This document shows positions 40,862 through 49,213 of a stretch of 64,000 nt of DNA, piece by piece. The position numbers and the translations under genes were made by a program. The stretch's first letter is position 1. Every line of letters begins with the position of its first letter. The stretch spans positions 1,221 through 65,220 of the forward strand of contig JAUXAW010000002.1 of assembly GCA_030619715.1 (NCBI GenBank), in the 5' to 3' direction. This DNA comes from a candidate division WWE3 bacterium (lineage in GTDB: Bacteria; Patescibacteriota; WWE3; JAUXAW01). Below the pieces are notes generated by a model. It searched no databases. It saw nothing but the letters and a program-made list of their open reading frames with translations, and was not told the origin of the DNA.

Positions 40862-41377
40862 ATGAAAGTAATACTTTATGTGGCTACTTCGATTAACGGA
40901 TTAATAACTAAGGGGGAGGATGATTCTGACTGGGTAACAGAAACAGACTGGAAGGAATTTGGCAGTTTGATGAGAGATTGCGGCATTATGGTAATGGGCA
41001 GAAGGACTTATGAAATTTTTGGTGATGATTTCCCTTGCGAGGGGGCGGTTAACGTAGTTATGACTAGCCAAAGGAAATTGTTGGGCCAAGAGACCTCAAA
41101 GGATGTAATCTTCACAGACAAAACTCCCAGGGATGTTGTAAAGATGGCGGAAGAAGAGGGATTCAAAAAATTAATGCTTATTGGGGGTATGAAGCTTAAT
41201 ACTTCCTTTTTCGAGGAGGATTTGATCGATGAAGTCTGGCTTAGTGTTCACCCACTTCTGATAGGTAACGGCAAGATGATTATGGATAAGATTAATTATG
41301 ATAGAAAAGTAAAACTACTCGGCATTAAGGAGTTAGATGAGGGTCTAGTCCAACTCCGTTACGAGATTGTAAAATAG
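40862..41377 (+). CDS. Dihydrofolate reductase / RibD C-terminal family protein
   Basis: SINGLI, MGRRTY, IGG and LIDEVWL..HP.LIG.G motifs. Confidence 0.9.
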   Translation: MKVILYVATSINGLITKGEDDSDWVTETDWKEFGSLMRDCGIMVMGRRTYEIFGDDFPCEGAVNVVMTSQRKLLGQETSKDVIFTDKTPRDVVKMAEEEGFKKLMLIGGMKLNTSFFEEDLIDEVWLSVHPLLIGNGKMIMDKINYDRKVKLLGIKELDEGLVQLRYEIVK

Positions 41378-41502
41378 GTTCCGACGACGTTTACTACGTG
41401 GAGTCAGTTTTGAGTTCTGAAGAGGCGGCCTGCGGGCCGCTTTGTTCTCGCCGTTGGTCTTTATGGTAGAATGAGTAGAGCAACGTTTGGGGGTGATTAA
41501 AG

Positions 41503-41691
41503 ATGGTTAAATTTTACAGCGTTCAGATAAAAGACCACGTTGAGGTCGATGAGAGCGAGGTCGAAGTGGTGACGATGGAAAACGGCCGCAAGGCGGCTAA
41601 GGCCGAGGTGGTCAGAGACGGCAAGACCCTCAAGCTGTTCAAATTCTTGTCCGAGGAGGATGCCCAGCGCTTGTCTGGAGCCAGTGAATGA
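41503..41691 (+). CDS. DUF5679-like small protein
   Basis: VTMENGRKAAKA...TLKLFKF resembles DUF5679 but lacks the Cys residues. Confidence 0.55.
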   Translation: MVKFYSVQIKDHVEVDESEVEVVTMENGRKAAKAEVVRDGKTLKLFKFLSEEDAQRLSGASE

Positions 41692-41705
41692 GGAGGTGAT
41701 TCTAA

Positions 41706-41885
41706 ATGATGGGAATGCATTTTGGCCATTTTTGTAAAGATCTTGAGTGTGAAATCGAGAACCAAGGAGGTAAGCTAGTGATTACTCTCTCAGGGGATGC
41801 TGAGAAGATCGCTATGGTGGAAAGAAAGCTTAAGGCCTTAAAAGAGCTTTGTCACTGCGGGGAGGAAGGTGGTGGCTGTTGTTGA
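41706..41885 (+). CDS. Small Cys/His-rich protein (59 aa)
   Basis: GAGGAGGTGA RBS; MMGMHFGHFCKDLECEI...KELCHCGEEGGGCC; below the ORF-track cutoff. Confidence 0.7.
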   Translation: MMGMHFGHFCKDLECEIENQGGKLVITLSGDAEKIAMVERKLKALKELCHCGEEGGGCC

Positions 41886-41921
41886 CGGCTGGGTTTGGAG
41901 TTTGGTATAGTTAGATCACGG

Positions 41922-42887
41922 ATGAAGAAATTACTTGCCCTCTTCTTCTTTTTTATAACTTTAGGAATAACCCCAGCTTTGGCTGCTCCGGCTACTCTAA
42001 ATCCCACCGCTGATTCCTATGTTTATTCCACCAGCCCAAGTAGTACTCATGGTGACGAGACCTTATTGCGGTCTGGTTTCTGGGTTGAATTCCGGCAAAA
42101 ATATATCTCTCTTTTAAAATTTGATCTCTCGAGTATTCCCGACGATGCAGTGATTACTTCGGCCGAACTTAAGCTCTATGTATCCAGTGGAATTTCTTCG
42201 GGGACGATGACCGCTTCTCGGAATACCGAGGATTGGGCGGAGAGCAGTGTCAATTGGAGTACCCGTCCGTCAAACGACGATCCACGAGCTTCGGCGTTGG
42301 TGAGTTCGGGGTCGAGCTATATTCCCTGGGATGTGACCGAGCTGGTCCAAGATTGGTTTAGTGGCGACCACACCAACTACGGTTTTTCGATTGTTGCCAC
42401 CGCCCAAGAAACCGATTTTTCAGTTGATTTCTATAGCCGAGAGGCCAGCGAAGATCATCCAGAATTGGTCGTTAGCTACGATCGTCCACTACCGACTCCT
42501 GACACGGAGACCGATGACGAAACCGACGACGAGACCGACGACGAGGCCGACTCTGATGATGAAGTTGTCCCCTCAGATGAAGCTCCGCCTACAACTCCTT
42601 CAGAACCAACCCCAGACAGACCAGCGGTGGTCGAAGAGGAAACCCCCTCCCCGAGCACCCCGTCGGCGACTCCTTCAGCCGCCCCGGTAAGAGCGGCCAC
42701 CCCGAGCGGGTCGGTAAAAATCTCGCCTTTGGGTAAAATATTGCGGCTGACTTCTATCATCTCCGGTTTGTCATTTTTTGGGGTGGTAGGTTATATTCTT
42801 TATGAGGAAATAAAAAAGCGCCGCGCGCAAAACAAGCAAAAAATTGAAAATCAGAATGTAGATCAGGAGGTTACACAAAGTGCCTGA
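41922..42887 (+). CDS. DNRLRE (CBM96-like) domain surface protein
   Basis: PTADSYV, LLKFDLSSIP, SAELKLY, WDVTELVQDW and FYSRE motifs; acidic/Pro linker; C-terminal TM helix. Confidence 0.85.
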   Translation: MKKLLALFFFFITLGITPALAAPATLNPTADSYVYSTSPSSTHGDETLLRSGFWVEFRQKYISLLKFDLSSIPDDAVITSAELKLYVSSGISSGTMTASRNTEDWAESSVNWSTRPSNDDPRASALVSSGSSYIPWDVTELVQDWFSGDHTNYGFSIVATAQETDFSVDFYSREASEDHPELVVSYDRPLPTPDTETDDETDDETDDEADSDDEVVPSDEAPPTTPSEPTPDRPAVVEEETPSPSTPSATPSAAPVRAATPSGSVKISPLGKILRLTSIISGLSFFGVVGYILYEEIKKRRAQNKQKIENQNVDQEVTQSA

Positions 42888-44079
42888 AGGAAGATTCGCC
42901 CCGAATCAGAACCAAGTTCCAGACAAGAAGTTTAAATATCTTCTCCTTCTAGCTGCGGGGCTTCTTTTGGTGAGTGTTGGGTCCGGGTTGACGTATTGGT
43001 ATTTTACTCGCCAAGCCCCGCCGGCCGATGTACAACCCCCACCAACTTCGCTGCCAACGTCGGTGCCTGAAACAACCCCCGTTGCCGAGGGGAAGGTGTT
43101 TTATTCCGAGGACGAAAACATCTTTTCCTACGATACAGAAACCCAAGAAGTAGAAAAATGGACAAATTATCCTCAAGACGACCTACCGGCGAGTACCGGT
43201 GTTTCCGACATCAAAGTTATCGACGAAAATACGTTGGGATTTGGTAGATGTAGTGGTGCCAGCGGCTATCGTGACTGCGGTTTGTATCTTCTTGATCTTA
43301 AAACCGGAGAGGTAACTCAGAAGTTGGAACTCGATGAGACGTACCATCTTTCAAGGTCCTGTTGGTTTAGTAAGGATAAGCTGGCTTATCTGGTGACCAC
43401 CGATGACAAATGGCGGTTGTATCTTACTGATGGCAGTAGTACTCGGCTGTTGGTTGATCTCGAAAACACCCCGTACGGAAGAGGCGGTTTTGTTGAGGAT
43501 AGTAGCAAACTTGAATTTTCTCCCGACGGGTCTCGTTTGTTTCATATTTCCACCGGCTCGCCGCGAGCGATCGTTGACTTGACCACCCACATTTATAATG
43601 CTTCCACCGGCGAGGAGCTGGCTGTGATTGAGAATTCGACCCAGCCCGATTGGTTGGATGATCAGAGGATTGTTTTTAGAAGATACGACGCTGATGCATC
43701 TTCGGAGAATGGTCTTTACGTTTACATCGTTGGTTCGGGTAGGGAAACGAAATTTTCCGGTGTTACAGAAACAGCGTACAGACCCGAGGTCTTACCGGGC
43801 ACGGATCAAGTTCTTTATGAAGACAATCCCGAAAAACAACTTTGGCTCTACGATGTAAGCTCGAAAGAGAGCACGCTGGTTGTTGAAAACGCTCTGTCTG
43901 GCTTTTGGCTCTCGCCGACGCAGGTCGTTTACAGTAATGTCACCTCCTGCGGTGGTGAGTGTGGGATGGTTGATTACGAGGTTGAGTCGATTGATATTTA
44001 TGATTTAAGTCTGGGCCAAAAAGCTGGCTCCATCCCTGGTTTGCAAGATACTTACGGTATCTCTTCCCTTTACCGCTAA
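42880..44079 (+). CDS. Membrane-anchored TolB-like beta-propeller protein
   Basis: N-terminal TM helix; FSPDG and P.W repeats. Confidence 0.65.
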   Translation: MPEGRFAPNQNQVPDKKFKYLLLLAAGLLLVSVGSGLTYWYFTRQAPPADVQPPPTSLPTSVPETTPVAEGKVFYSEDENIFSYDTETQEVEKWTNYPQDDLPASTGVSDIKVIDENTLGFGRCSGASGYRDCGLYLLDLKTGEVTQKLELDETYHLSRSCWFSKDKLAYLVTTDDKWRLYLTDGSSTRLLVDLENTPYGRGGFVEDSSKLEFSPDGSRLFHISTGSPRAIVDLTTHIYNASTGEELAVIENSTQPDWLDDQRIVFRRYDADASSENGLYVYIVGSGRETKFSGVTETAYRPEVLPGTDQVLYEDNPEKQLWLYDVSSKESTLVVENALSGFWLSPTQVVYSNVTSCGGECGMVDYEVESIDIYDLSLGQKAGSIPGLQDTYGISSLYR

Positions 44080-44122
44080 TTACCTTTCGGCTCTAGTGTT
44101 CGGATAAAATCACACACGGGGA

Positions 44123-44932
44123 CTAAACCGCGAGGTCTCTTTTTTGGAAGCGGAAAAGACCGATTACGATACAAACCAGACTTACTCCCAAAAACACCCC
44201 AATTGTCAGGGGTTCGATTTTACCTTCAATCAGCGCCGCGTTGTAGTCATAATAATGAAAAAAGGACAAGTATTTTAGGTTTTCCAAATTTTCTTTTAAA
44301 GCGGCGGCAATGTTTAAGGCATACATCATCAGCAAAATTCCACCTGTTAGTGAAGCAACCTTACCTCTTTCGGAGAAAAAGCTGGAAAACATCATCGTTA
44401 AGCTTAAAATCGTCAGGCCAAAGAGTCCTCCCAACACCGCCATTGTCAAGTTGTGTTTGAAGGAAGCATCAACATTGTAGATTTGGGCAAAGGGAAGAAC
44501 CGGAAAGACAGAAAGCAAAGTAAAAATCGAAAGAAGTAAAAGTCCGGCAAAATATTTTGCGAAAAAAACTTTAAAGCGGGAGAGGGGTTGGGAAAGAAGA
44601 ATTTCAATCGTTCCCTTTTCAATTTCACCAGCGACGGCGGTACTGCCAAAAGAAATAAGAAGGGCGATCAAAAGAAGTGGCCACATCAAACTGTAATGCT
44701 CAACCGCCAAAAACGACTCTAGGCGTGAAAAAATCATCATATTTTTATCGACACCAAAAGCTTTCAAGAAAGCCTCGGGATAATTTTCCATTAACTCCGA
44801 AAACTGCTCCGCCCCCTTGGCAATAGTGGGGAAAAAGGCGACAAACATCCACAGCAGCACTACCCCAATCACAATGTAAGCCAGAAGGGTCTTTCTTTGA
44901 TCTTTAATTGTTCTTTTTATTAGTGTGAGCAT
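44123..44932 (-). CDS. ABC-2 type transporter permease
   Basis: AGEIEKGTIEILLSQPLSR, YLSFFHYY and FQKRDL motifs. Confidence 0.92.
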   Translation of the reverse strand: MLTLIKRTIKDQRKTLLAYIVIGVVLLWMFVAFFPTIAKGAEQFSELMENYPEAFLKAFGVDKNMMIFSRLESFLAVEHYSLMWPLLLIALLISFGSTAVAGEIEKGTIEILLSQPLSRFKVFFAKYFAGLLLLSIFTLLSVFPVLPFAQIYNVDASFKHNLTMAVLGGLFGLTILSLTMMFSSFFSERGKVASLTGGILLMMYALNIAAALKENLENLKYLSFFHYYDYNAALIEGKIEPLTIGVFLGVSLVCIVIGLFRFQKRDLAV

Positions 44933-44938
44933 TTTTGC

Positions 44939-45640
44939 CTACTTGTAGAATCCCAGAAATATTTCCTCGAGTCGGGAGCGGGGAAGTTTCTTTCTTCTTT
45001 CTTCGGGAATACTCTCGATGGCAACAATCTTGCCATTTTTAATAATGCAGACGCGGTCGCAAAGCCGTTCCACCTCAAAAAGATTATGCGAAGACATAAA
45101 GATAGTGTTTCCTTTCTGCGCTTCTGATTGGAGAATCTCGTAAATGGTCTGTTGGAGGAGGGGATCGAGGCCGGTGGTTGGTTCGTCTAAGATGAGAATT
45201 TTTGGTTGGTGCATCAGCGCCAGAATTAATCCCAATTTTTGTTTATTTCCCAAAGATAGCTTTTTGACTTTCTTTTGGGGATTAAAATCAAGTTTGGCAA
45301 TCAGGTCAGATTCGTCGATGCCGCCGCCTCTTATTTTTTTGACAAGATTGATGTGCTCTTGACCGGTCCAGTTGTGATAGAGATTAACCTCTTCGGATAA
45401 AAAGCCGATGTCACCTTTTAGTTTCGGGGAGTCAGTTTGGGCATCAAGACCCAGAATCTCGATGGTACCTTCGTCGGGACGCAAAAAATCCATCATACAG
45501 CGAATGGTGGTCGTTTTTCCGGCCCCATTTGGACCCAGAAACCCGAAAATCTCACCTTTTTTCACCTCAAACGAAATCCCATCCACAGCCTTAGTTTGAC
45601 CAAAATATTTTTTTAGATTGTCGATCTGGATAACACTCAT
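44939..45640 (-). CDS. ABC transporter ATP-binding protein
   Basis: GPNGAGKTT, LSLGNKQK, ILDEPT and SSH motifs. Confidence 0.95.
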   Translation of the reverse strand: MSVIQIDNLKKYFGQTKAVDGISFEVKKGEIFGFLGPNGAGKTTTIRCMMDFLRPDEGTIEILGLDAQTDSPKLKGDIGFLSEEVNLYHNWTGQEHINLVKKIRGGGIDESDLIAKLDFNPQKKVKKLSLGNKQKLGLILALMHQPKILILDEPTTGLDPLLQQTIYEILQSEAQKGNTIFMSSHNLFEVERLCDRVCIIKNGKIVAIESIPEERRKKLPRSRLEEIFLGFYK

Positions 45641-45826
45641 CTTCTCAATACTACCATAATGAGGGTTTACTTTTCTTGTCCTTCGTGTTAGAATGTGACC
45701 CGTTGTCTGTGTTTGTGAGGTTTTCTTTCGACTCCGGCAAGGTTTCCAGCCCCTAAGGTCTCCGAAGAACTCCCGCATTAGATGTTTTTAATTTTTCAAA
45801 CAAAGTTTGAGAGGTGGTGAAAGAAA

Positions 45827-46090
45827 GTGAATAAGAAATTGTATGTTGGCAATCTTGATTACAGCGTTACCGATGATCAATTGACAGAACTGTTTTCTCA
45901 GGCGGGTAAAGTAGAAAGCGCGGTGGTGATTATCGACCGCGCCACCGGCCGGTCAAAGGGATTTGGTTTTGTCGAAATGGGTAGCGAGAAAGAAGCAGAA
46001 GAAGCAATTAAGACGTGTAACGAAAAAGAGCTCCAGGGGAGAAATATCGTCGTCAATGAGGCTCGGCCGATGCGGTCCAGAGAGTTCTAG
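45827..46090 (+). CDS. RNA-binding protein (RRM)
   Basis: KLYVGNL (RNP2) and KGFGFVEM (RNP1). Confidence 0.95.
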   Translation: MNKKLYVGNLDYSVTDDQLTELFSQAGKVESAVVIIDRATGRSKGFGFVEMGSEKEAEEAIKTCNEKELQGRNIVVNEARPMRSREF

Positions 46091-46322
46091 CACCGATTAT
46101 CTCAACAAGCCCGTAAGTTTGTGATGCCCCCCCCAGCGGTCCTGTGGTGGAGGCTTCGCTGCTGCATTAGCAAGGCAAGGCCTTGCTAACCTTCTTCAAA
46201 CGCCCCCAACTTATAGAATTTGACTTTTGATTTCCTTTTGTGGTATACTCTGGGTTGTCGTTTCGCCGGAGGGAGTAGAGTTTTGCTCTTTCCAATAATA
46301 AATAAGTAGAAAGGAGAGGATT

Positions 46323-47429
46323 ATGACTACCGAGGGGACTACCTTGAGTGTCATCAAGGCCGACGTTGGTGGCTTCGTTGGGCACTCGAGTATGCACGAG
46401 GCCTTGCTGGAGGAGGCAAAGGAGTGTTTGGGAGACGCTGAGCAGAGGGGGCTGCTCATTGACTTCCATGTCACTCGCTGTGGCGACGATCTGGAGCTGA
46501 TTATGAGCCACAGGCGGGGGGTGGCCAACACCGAGATTCATGGGCTGGCTTGGAGCACTTTTGAGGAGTGTACCGCGGTGGCCGAGGGTCTCAATCTCTA
46601 CAGTTCTGGCCAGGATCTAATCCGAGCACCCTCCCCAGGCGGACTCATAAGAGGAGCGGGTCCTGGTGTGGCGGAGATGGAGTTGGTCGAAAGGAAGGGG
46701 GAAACGGTGATCGTCTTGATGGCCGACAAAACATCAGCGGGAGCATGGAATCTGCCCCTCTACAAGATGTTTGCCGATCCCTTTAACACGGCGGGGTTGG
46801 TCATAGCGCCTGGAATGCACGAAGGTTTCTGGTTCGAGGTGCACGATGTCAAAGAGCATAAGAAGATTGTCTTTGAGACACCCGAGGACATCTATGATTT
46901 GTTGCTCTTCATCGGGGCGCCGGGGCGCTATCTGATCAAAGCGGTCTACTGCAAGGTGGGCAAGGAAATCGCGGCCGTTTCCTCGACAGAACGTTTGAGC
47001 CTGATTGCCGGCCGGAATGTAGGTAAGGATGATCCTGTATGCATTGTTCGATGTCAGGAACAATTCCCCGCTGTGGGCGAAGTGTTGGAGCCCTTTAGTT
47101 GGCCTTACCTCGTTCAGGGCTTTATGCGGGGTTCTCACTGGGGACCCTTGATGCCGGTGGCTGTTCGCGAGAGTAACCCCACCCGCTTTGATGGCCCCCC
47201 ACGAGCGGTAGCATTGGGCTTCCAGCTTTCCAACGGACGGTTGATCGGGCCACGGGACATGTTTGATGATCCCAGCTTCGACGAAGCACGCCACATGTGC
47301 AACACTGTTGCTGATTACCTACGCCGGCACGGCCCTTTCGAGCCCCATCGTCTCCCTCTAGGCGAGATGGAGTATACCACCCTGCCTCTGGTAATGGAGG
47401 GTTTGAAGGGAAGGTGGGAAGACTTGTAG
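46323..47429 (+). CDS. fbp: Fructose-1,6-bisphosphate aldolase/phosphatase (class V FBPase)
   Basis: SVIKADVGG.VGH, GDD, GQD, GKDDP, MRGSH.GP, RFDGPP and MEYTT motifs. Confidence 0.95.
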   Translation: MTTEGTTLSVIKADVGGFVGHSSMHEALLEEAKECLGDAEQRGLLIDFHVTRCGDDLELIMSHRRGVANTEIHGLAWSTFEECTAVAEGLNLYSSGQDLIRAPSPGGLIRGAGPGVAEMELVERKGETVIVLMADKTSAGAWNLPLYKMFADPFNTAGLVIAPGMHEGFWFEVHDVKEHKKIVFETPEDIYDLLLFIGAPGRYLIKAVYCKVGKEIAAVSSTERLSLIAGRNVGKDDPVCIVRCQEQFPAVGEVLEPFSWPYLVQGFMRGSHWGPLMPVAVRESNPTRFDGPPRAVALGFQLSNGRLIGPRDMFDDPSFDEARHMCNTVADYLRRHGPFEPHRLPLGEMEYTTLPLVMEGLKGRWEDL

Positions 47430-47444
47430 GTTTTGAAAACCTAC

Positions 47445-47488
47445 GAACACCCTTGAGGGTAGCAATACCTTCGGGGGTGTTTCTTTTT
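47445..47488 (+). terminator. Rho-independent terminator
   Basis: aacacccttgagggta/taccttcgggggtgtt stem followed by a T tract. Confidence 0.75.
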
Positions 47489-47559
47489 GCGGGCGGAAAA
47501 TTGAGGTGGGGGAATTTATCTTCTTGACTTTCGGGTTTTGTTTGGATTAAGATAGATGT

Positions 47560-48645
47560 ATGGATCTCTATCAGAAGATTTCGGTTTTGGGACCGGGTGC
47601 GCGGTACGACACCTGCGGCCCCAAGGATTTTGGAAAGACGACGAACATTCCCGGTGTTTATCATGCCAAAGTTGGCGGCAGCCGGATTTGCCGACTTTTT
47701 AAGGTTTTGCAAACTAACAGCTGCGTTAATAATTGCCGCTACTGCGCCTTTCGCCGCGACCGCGATTGTGAGAGAACCTCTGCTAGCCCAGACGAAATGG
47801 CTCGCGCCTTCGACTCAGCCCACTCCCGCCGGCTGGTTGATGGTTTGTTCCTTTCCTCAGGCATCGCCCAAAGCCCGGAAACAACAATGACGCGGATGCT
47901 GGACACCGCCCGAATCTTGCGAGAAAAATATCACTACCGCGGTTATTTGCATCTGAAGATTATGCCCGGCGTTTCAGCTAGCTGTATCCAAGAGTCGTTG
48001 AAATTAGCCAACCGCATTTCGTTGAACATCGAGTCGCCGACGGAATCGGAATTGACGACGCTGGCGCCGGACAAGGATTTGAAAAAAGGGTTTTTCTACA
48101 CCCTGTCTGTGATTAAGAGAGAATTGAGTAAATTTTGTTGGGTGGGGAAAAAGGTGCCGAGCTTGACGACGCAGTTTGTCGTCGGCGCCGGGGAGGAAAA
48201 AGATCGCGATATCATTCAAAGCACCCATTTTCTTTATAAAAATTTTGGCCTTAAGCGAGTTTTTTATTCGGCCTTTCGACCCGTTCCCGGAACACCTTTG
48301 GAGCAGAGGCCAGGGGCCTCTCTTGTTCGCGAGCATCGTTTGTACCAGGCCGATTTTCTGATGCGCTTCTATCGTTTTTTGCCGCAGGAAATTCCGTTGG
48401 ACGAAGGTGGTTTCCTGTCCGAAGTCAGCGACCCAAAAATGCTCTGGGCGCAAAACCACCCCGAACTTTTTCCGATTAACCTAAATACCGCCGGCTATTG
48501 GCAACTGCTTAAAGTTCCCGGCATCGGTCCCGTCTCGGCTAAGAAAATTATCAAGATCAGAGGGGAGAGTCGCCTCCGAGATTTTTCCCAACTCTCCGGC
48601 TCCCGCCTCCAACTCCAAAAACTTTCCGCCTTTGCTTGTTTGTGA
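47560..48645 (+). CDS. Putative DNA modification/repair radical SAM protein (TIGR03916-like)
   Basis: CVNNCRYC, GLFLSSG, YLHLKI and REHRLYQADFL motifs; C-terminal HhH (VPGIG). Confidence 0.9.
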   Translation: MDLYQKISVLGPGARYDTCGPKDFGKTTNIPGVYHAKVGGSRICRLFKVLQTNSCVNNCRYCAFRRDRDCERTSASPDEMARAFDSAHSRRLVDGLFLSSGIAQSPETTMTRMLDTARILREKYHYRGYLHLKIMPGVSASCIQESLKLANRISLNIESPTESELTTLAPDKDLKKGFFYTLSVIKRELSKFCWVGKKVPSLTTQFVVGAGEEKDRDIIQSTHFLYKNFGLKRVFYSAFRPVPGTPLEQRPGASLVREHRLYQADFLMRFYRFLPQEIPLDEGGFLSEVSDPKMLWAQNHPELFPINLNTAGYWQLLKVPGIGPVSAKKIIKIRGESRLRDFSQLSGSRLQLQKLSAFACL

Positions 48646-48754
48646 CTCTCTGCCCCTTGACTTTCTACCCAGGAAATTATAGTATTGTTTATGTAGCACA
48701 TTGCTGAGAGGATCAACTGCCCGCAAAATTTTAGATTAGAAGGGAGATGAGGCG

Positions 48755-49072
48755 ATGAGAAAGAGACTTAAAAAGAGTGACTGGCGGTTTTGGGCTCTCC
48801 TTGTGCTGGGGCTCGGGACATGTGTGGTGATGGCGTGGAAGCTTATGCCTCTCAGTGTTGGAGAGTTTACCTTCGTCATTCTGATGACCATCCTAGGGAC
48901 AGCCGGTTACTGCTGGCTCCAAGTGAGAGAGGAGGAGGAAATGAACTGCAGACAAGCGGGGTCTGGTTGGGAGACCTTTCTTGTGGTCGGGGCTATTCTC
49001 ATAGTGGGGATAATCGTCGCCGCCGTGTTGGTTGCGGTCTACGGACCGGAGATTCTTGGTCCGACCATGTGA
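48755..49072 (+). CDS. Small membrane protein
   Basis: Three TM helices; own promoter, RBS and hairpin terminator at 49085-49140. Confidence 0.65.
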   Translation: MRKRLKKSDWRFWALLVLGLGTCVVMAWKLMPLSVGEFTFVILMTILGTAGYCWLQVREEEEMNCRQAGSGWETFLVVGAILIVGIIVAAVLVAVYGPEILGPTM

Positions 49073-49213
49073 GTCTCGATCAGCAAAAGCCGCTCCGGAG
49101 GAATCCAATGGAGGAATTCTTCGGGCGGCTTTTCTTCTTTTTGCCCCCCCTTCGACGAGCTCCCGCCAGAGGCGGGCAGGCAGGGCAAGCTTTTTCTGTG
49201 CTAGAATTGGGGC

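Larger units (their letters stand above)
29130..41406 (+). mobile_element. tRNA-Asn-anchored array of cargo units separated by att-like junctions
   Basis: GGAGCCA-like cores at 29130, 30068, 32350, 33292, 34475, 36447, 37732 and 41400, with recurring flanks; all cargo genes lie on the + strand. Confidence 0.75.

Noticed and set aside
29130-41406. CRISPR array or classical integron
   Set aside because: The repeats are separated by whole genes rather than 30-40 bp spacers. No cas or intI gene is present, and I saw no consistent RYYYAAC...GTTRRRY attC ends.
42499-42562. 12-bp tandem repeat (gacgagaccgac)
   Set aside because: It is in frame and explained by an acidic DETD linker in a surface protein.
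46091-46200. Possible SRP RNA or other ncRNA after the RRM gene
   Set aside because: Only hairpins (ttagcaagg/ccttgctaa) are present; the conserved SRP domain IV motif is not evident.
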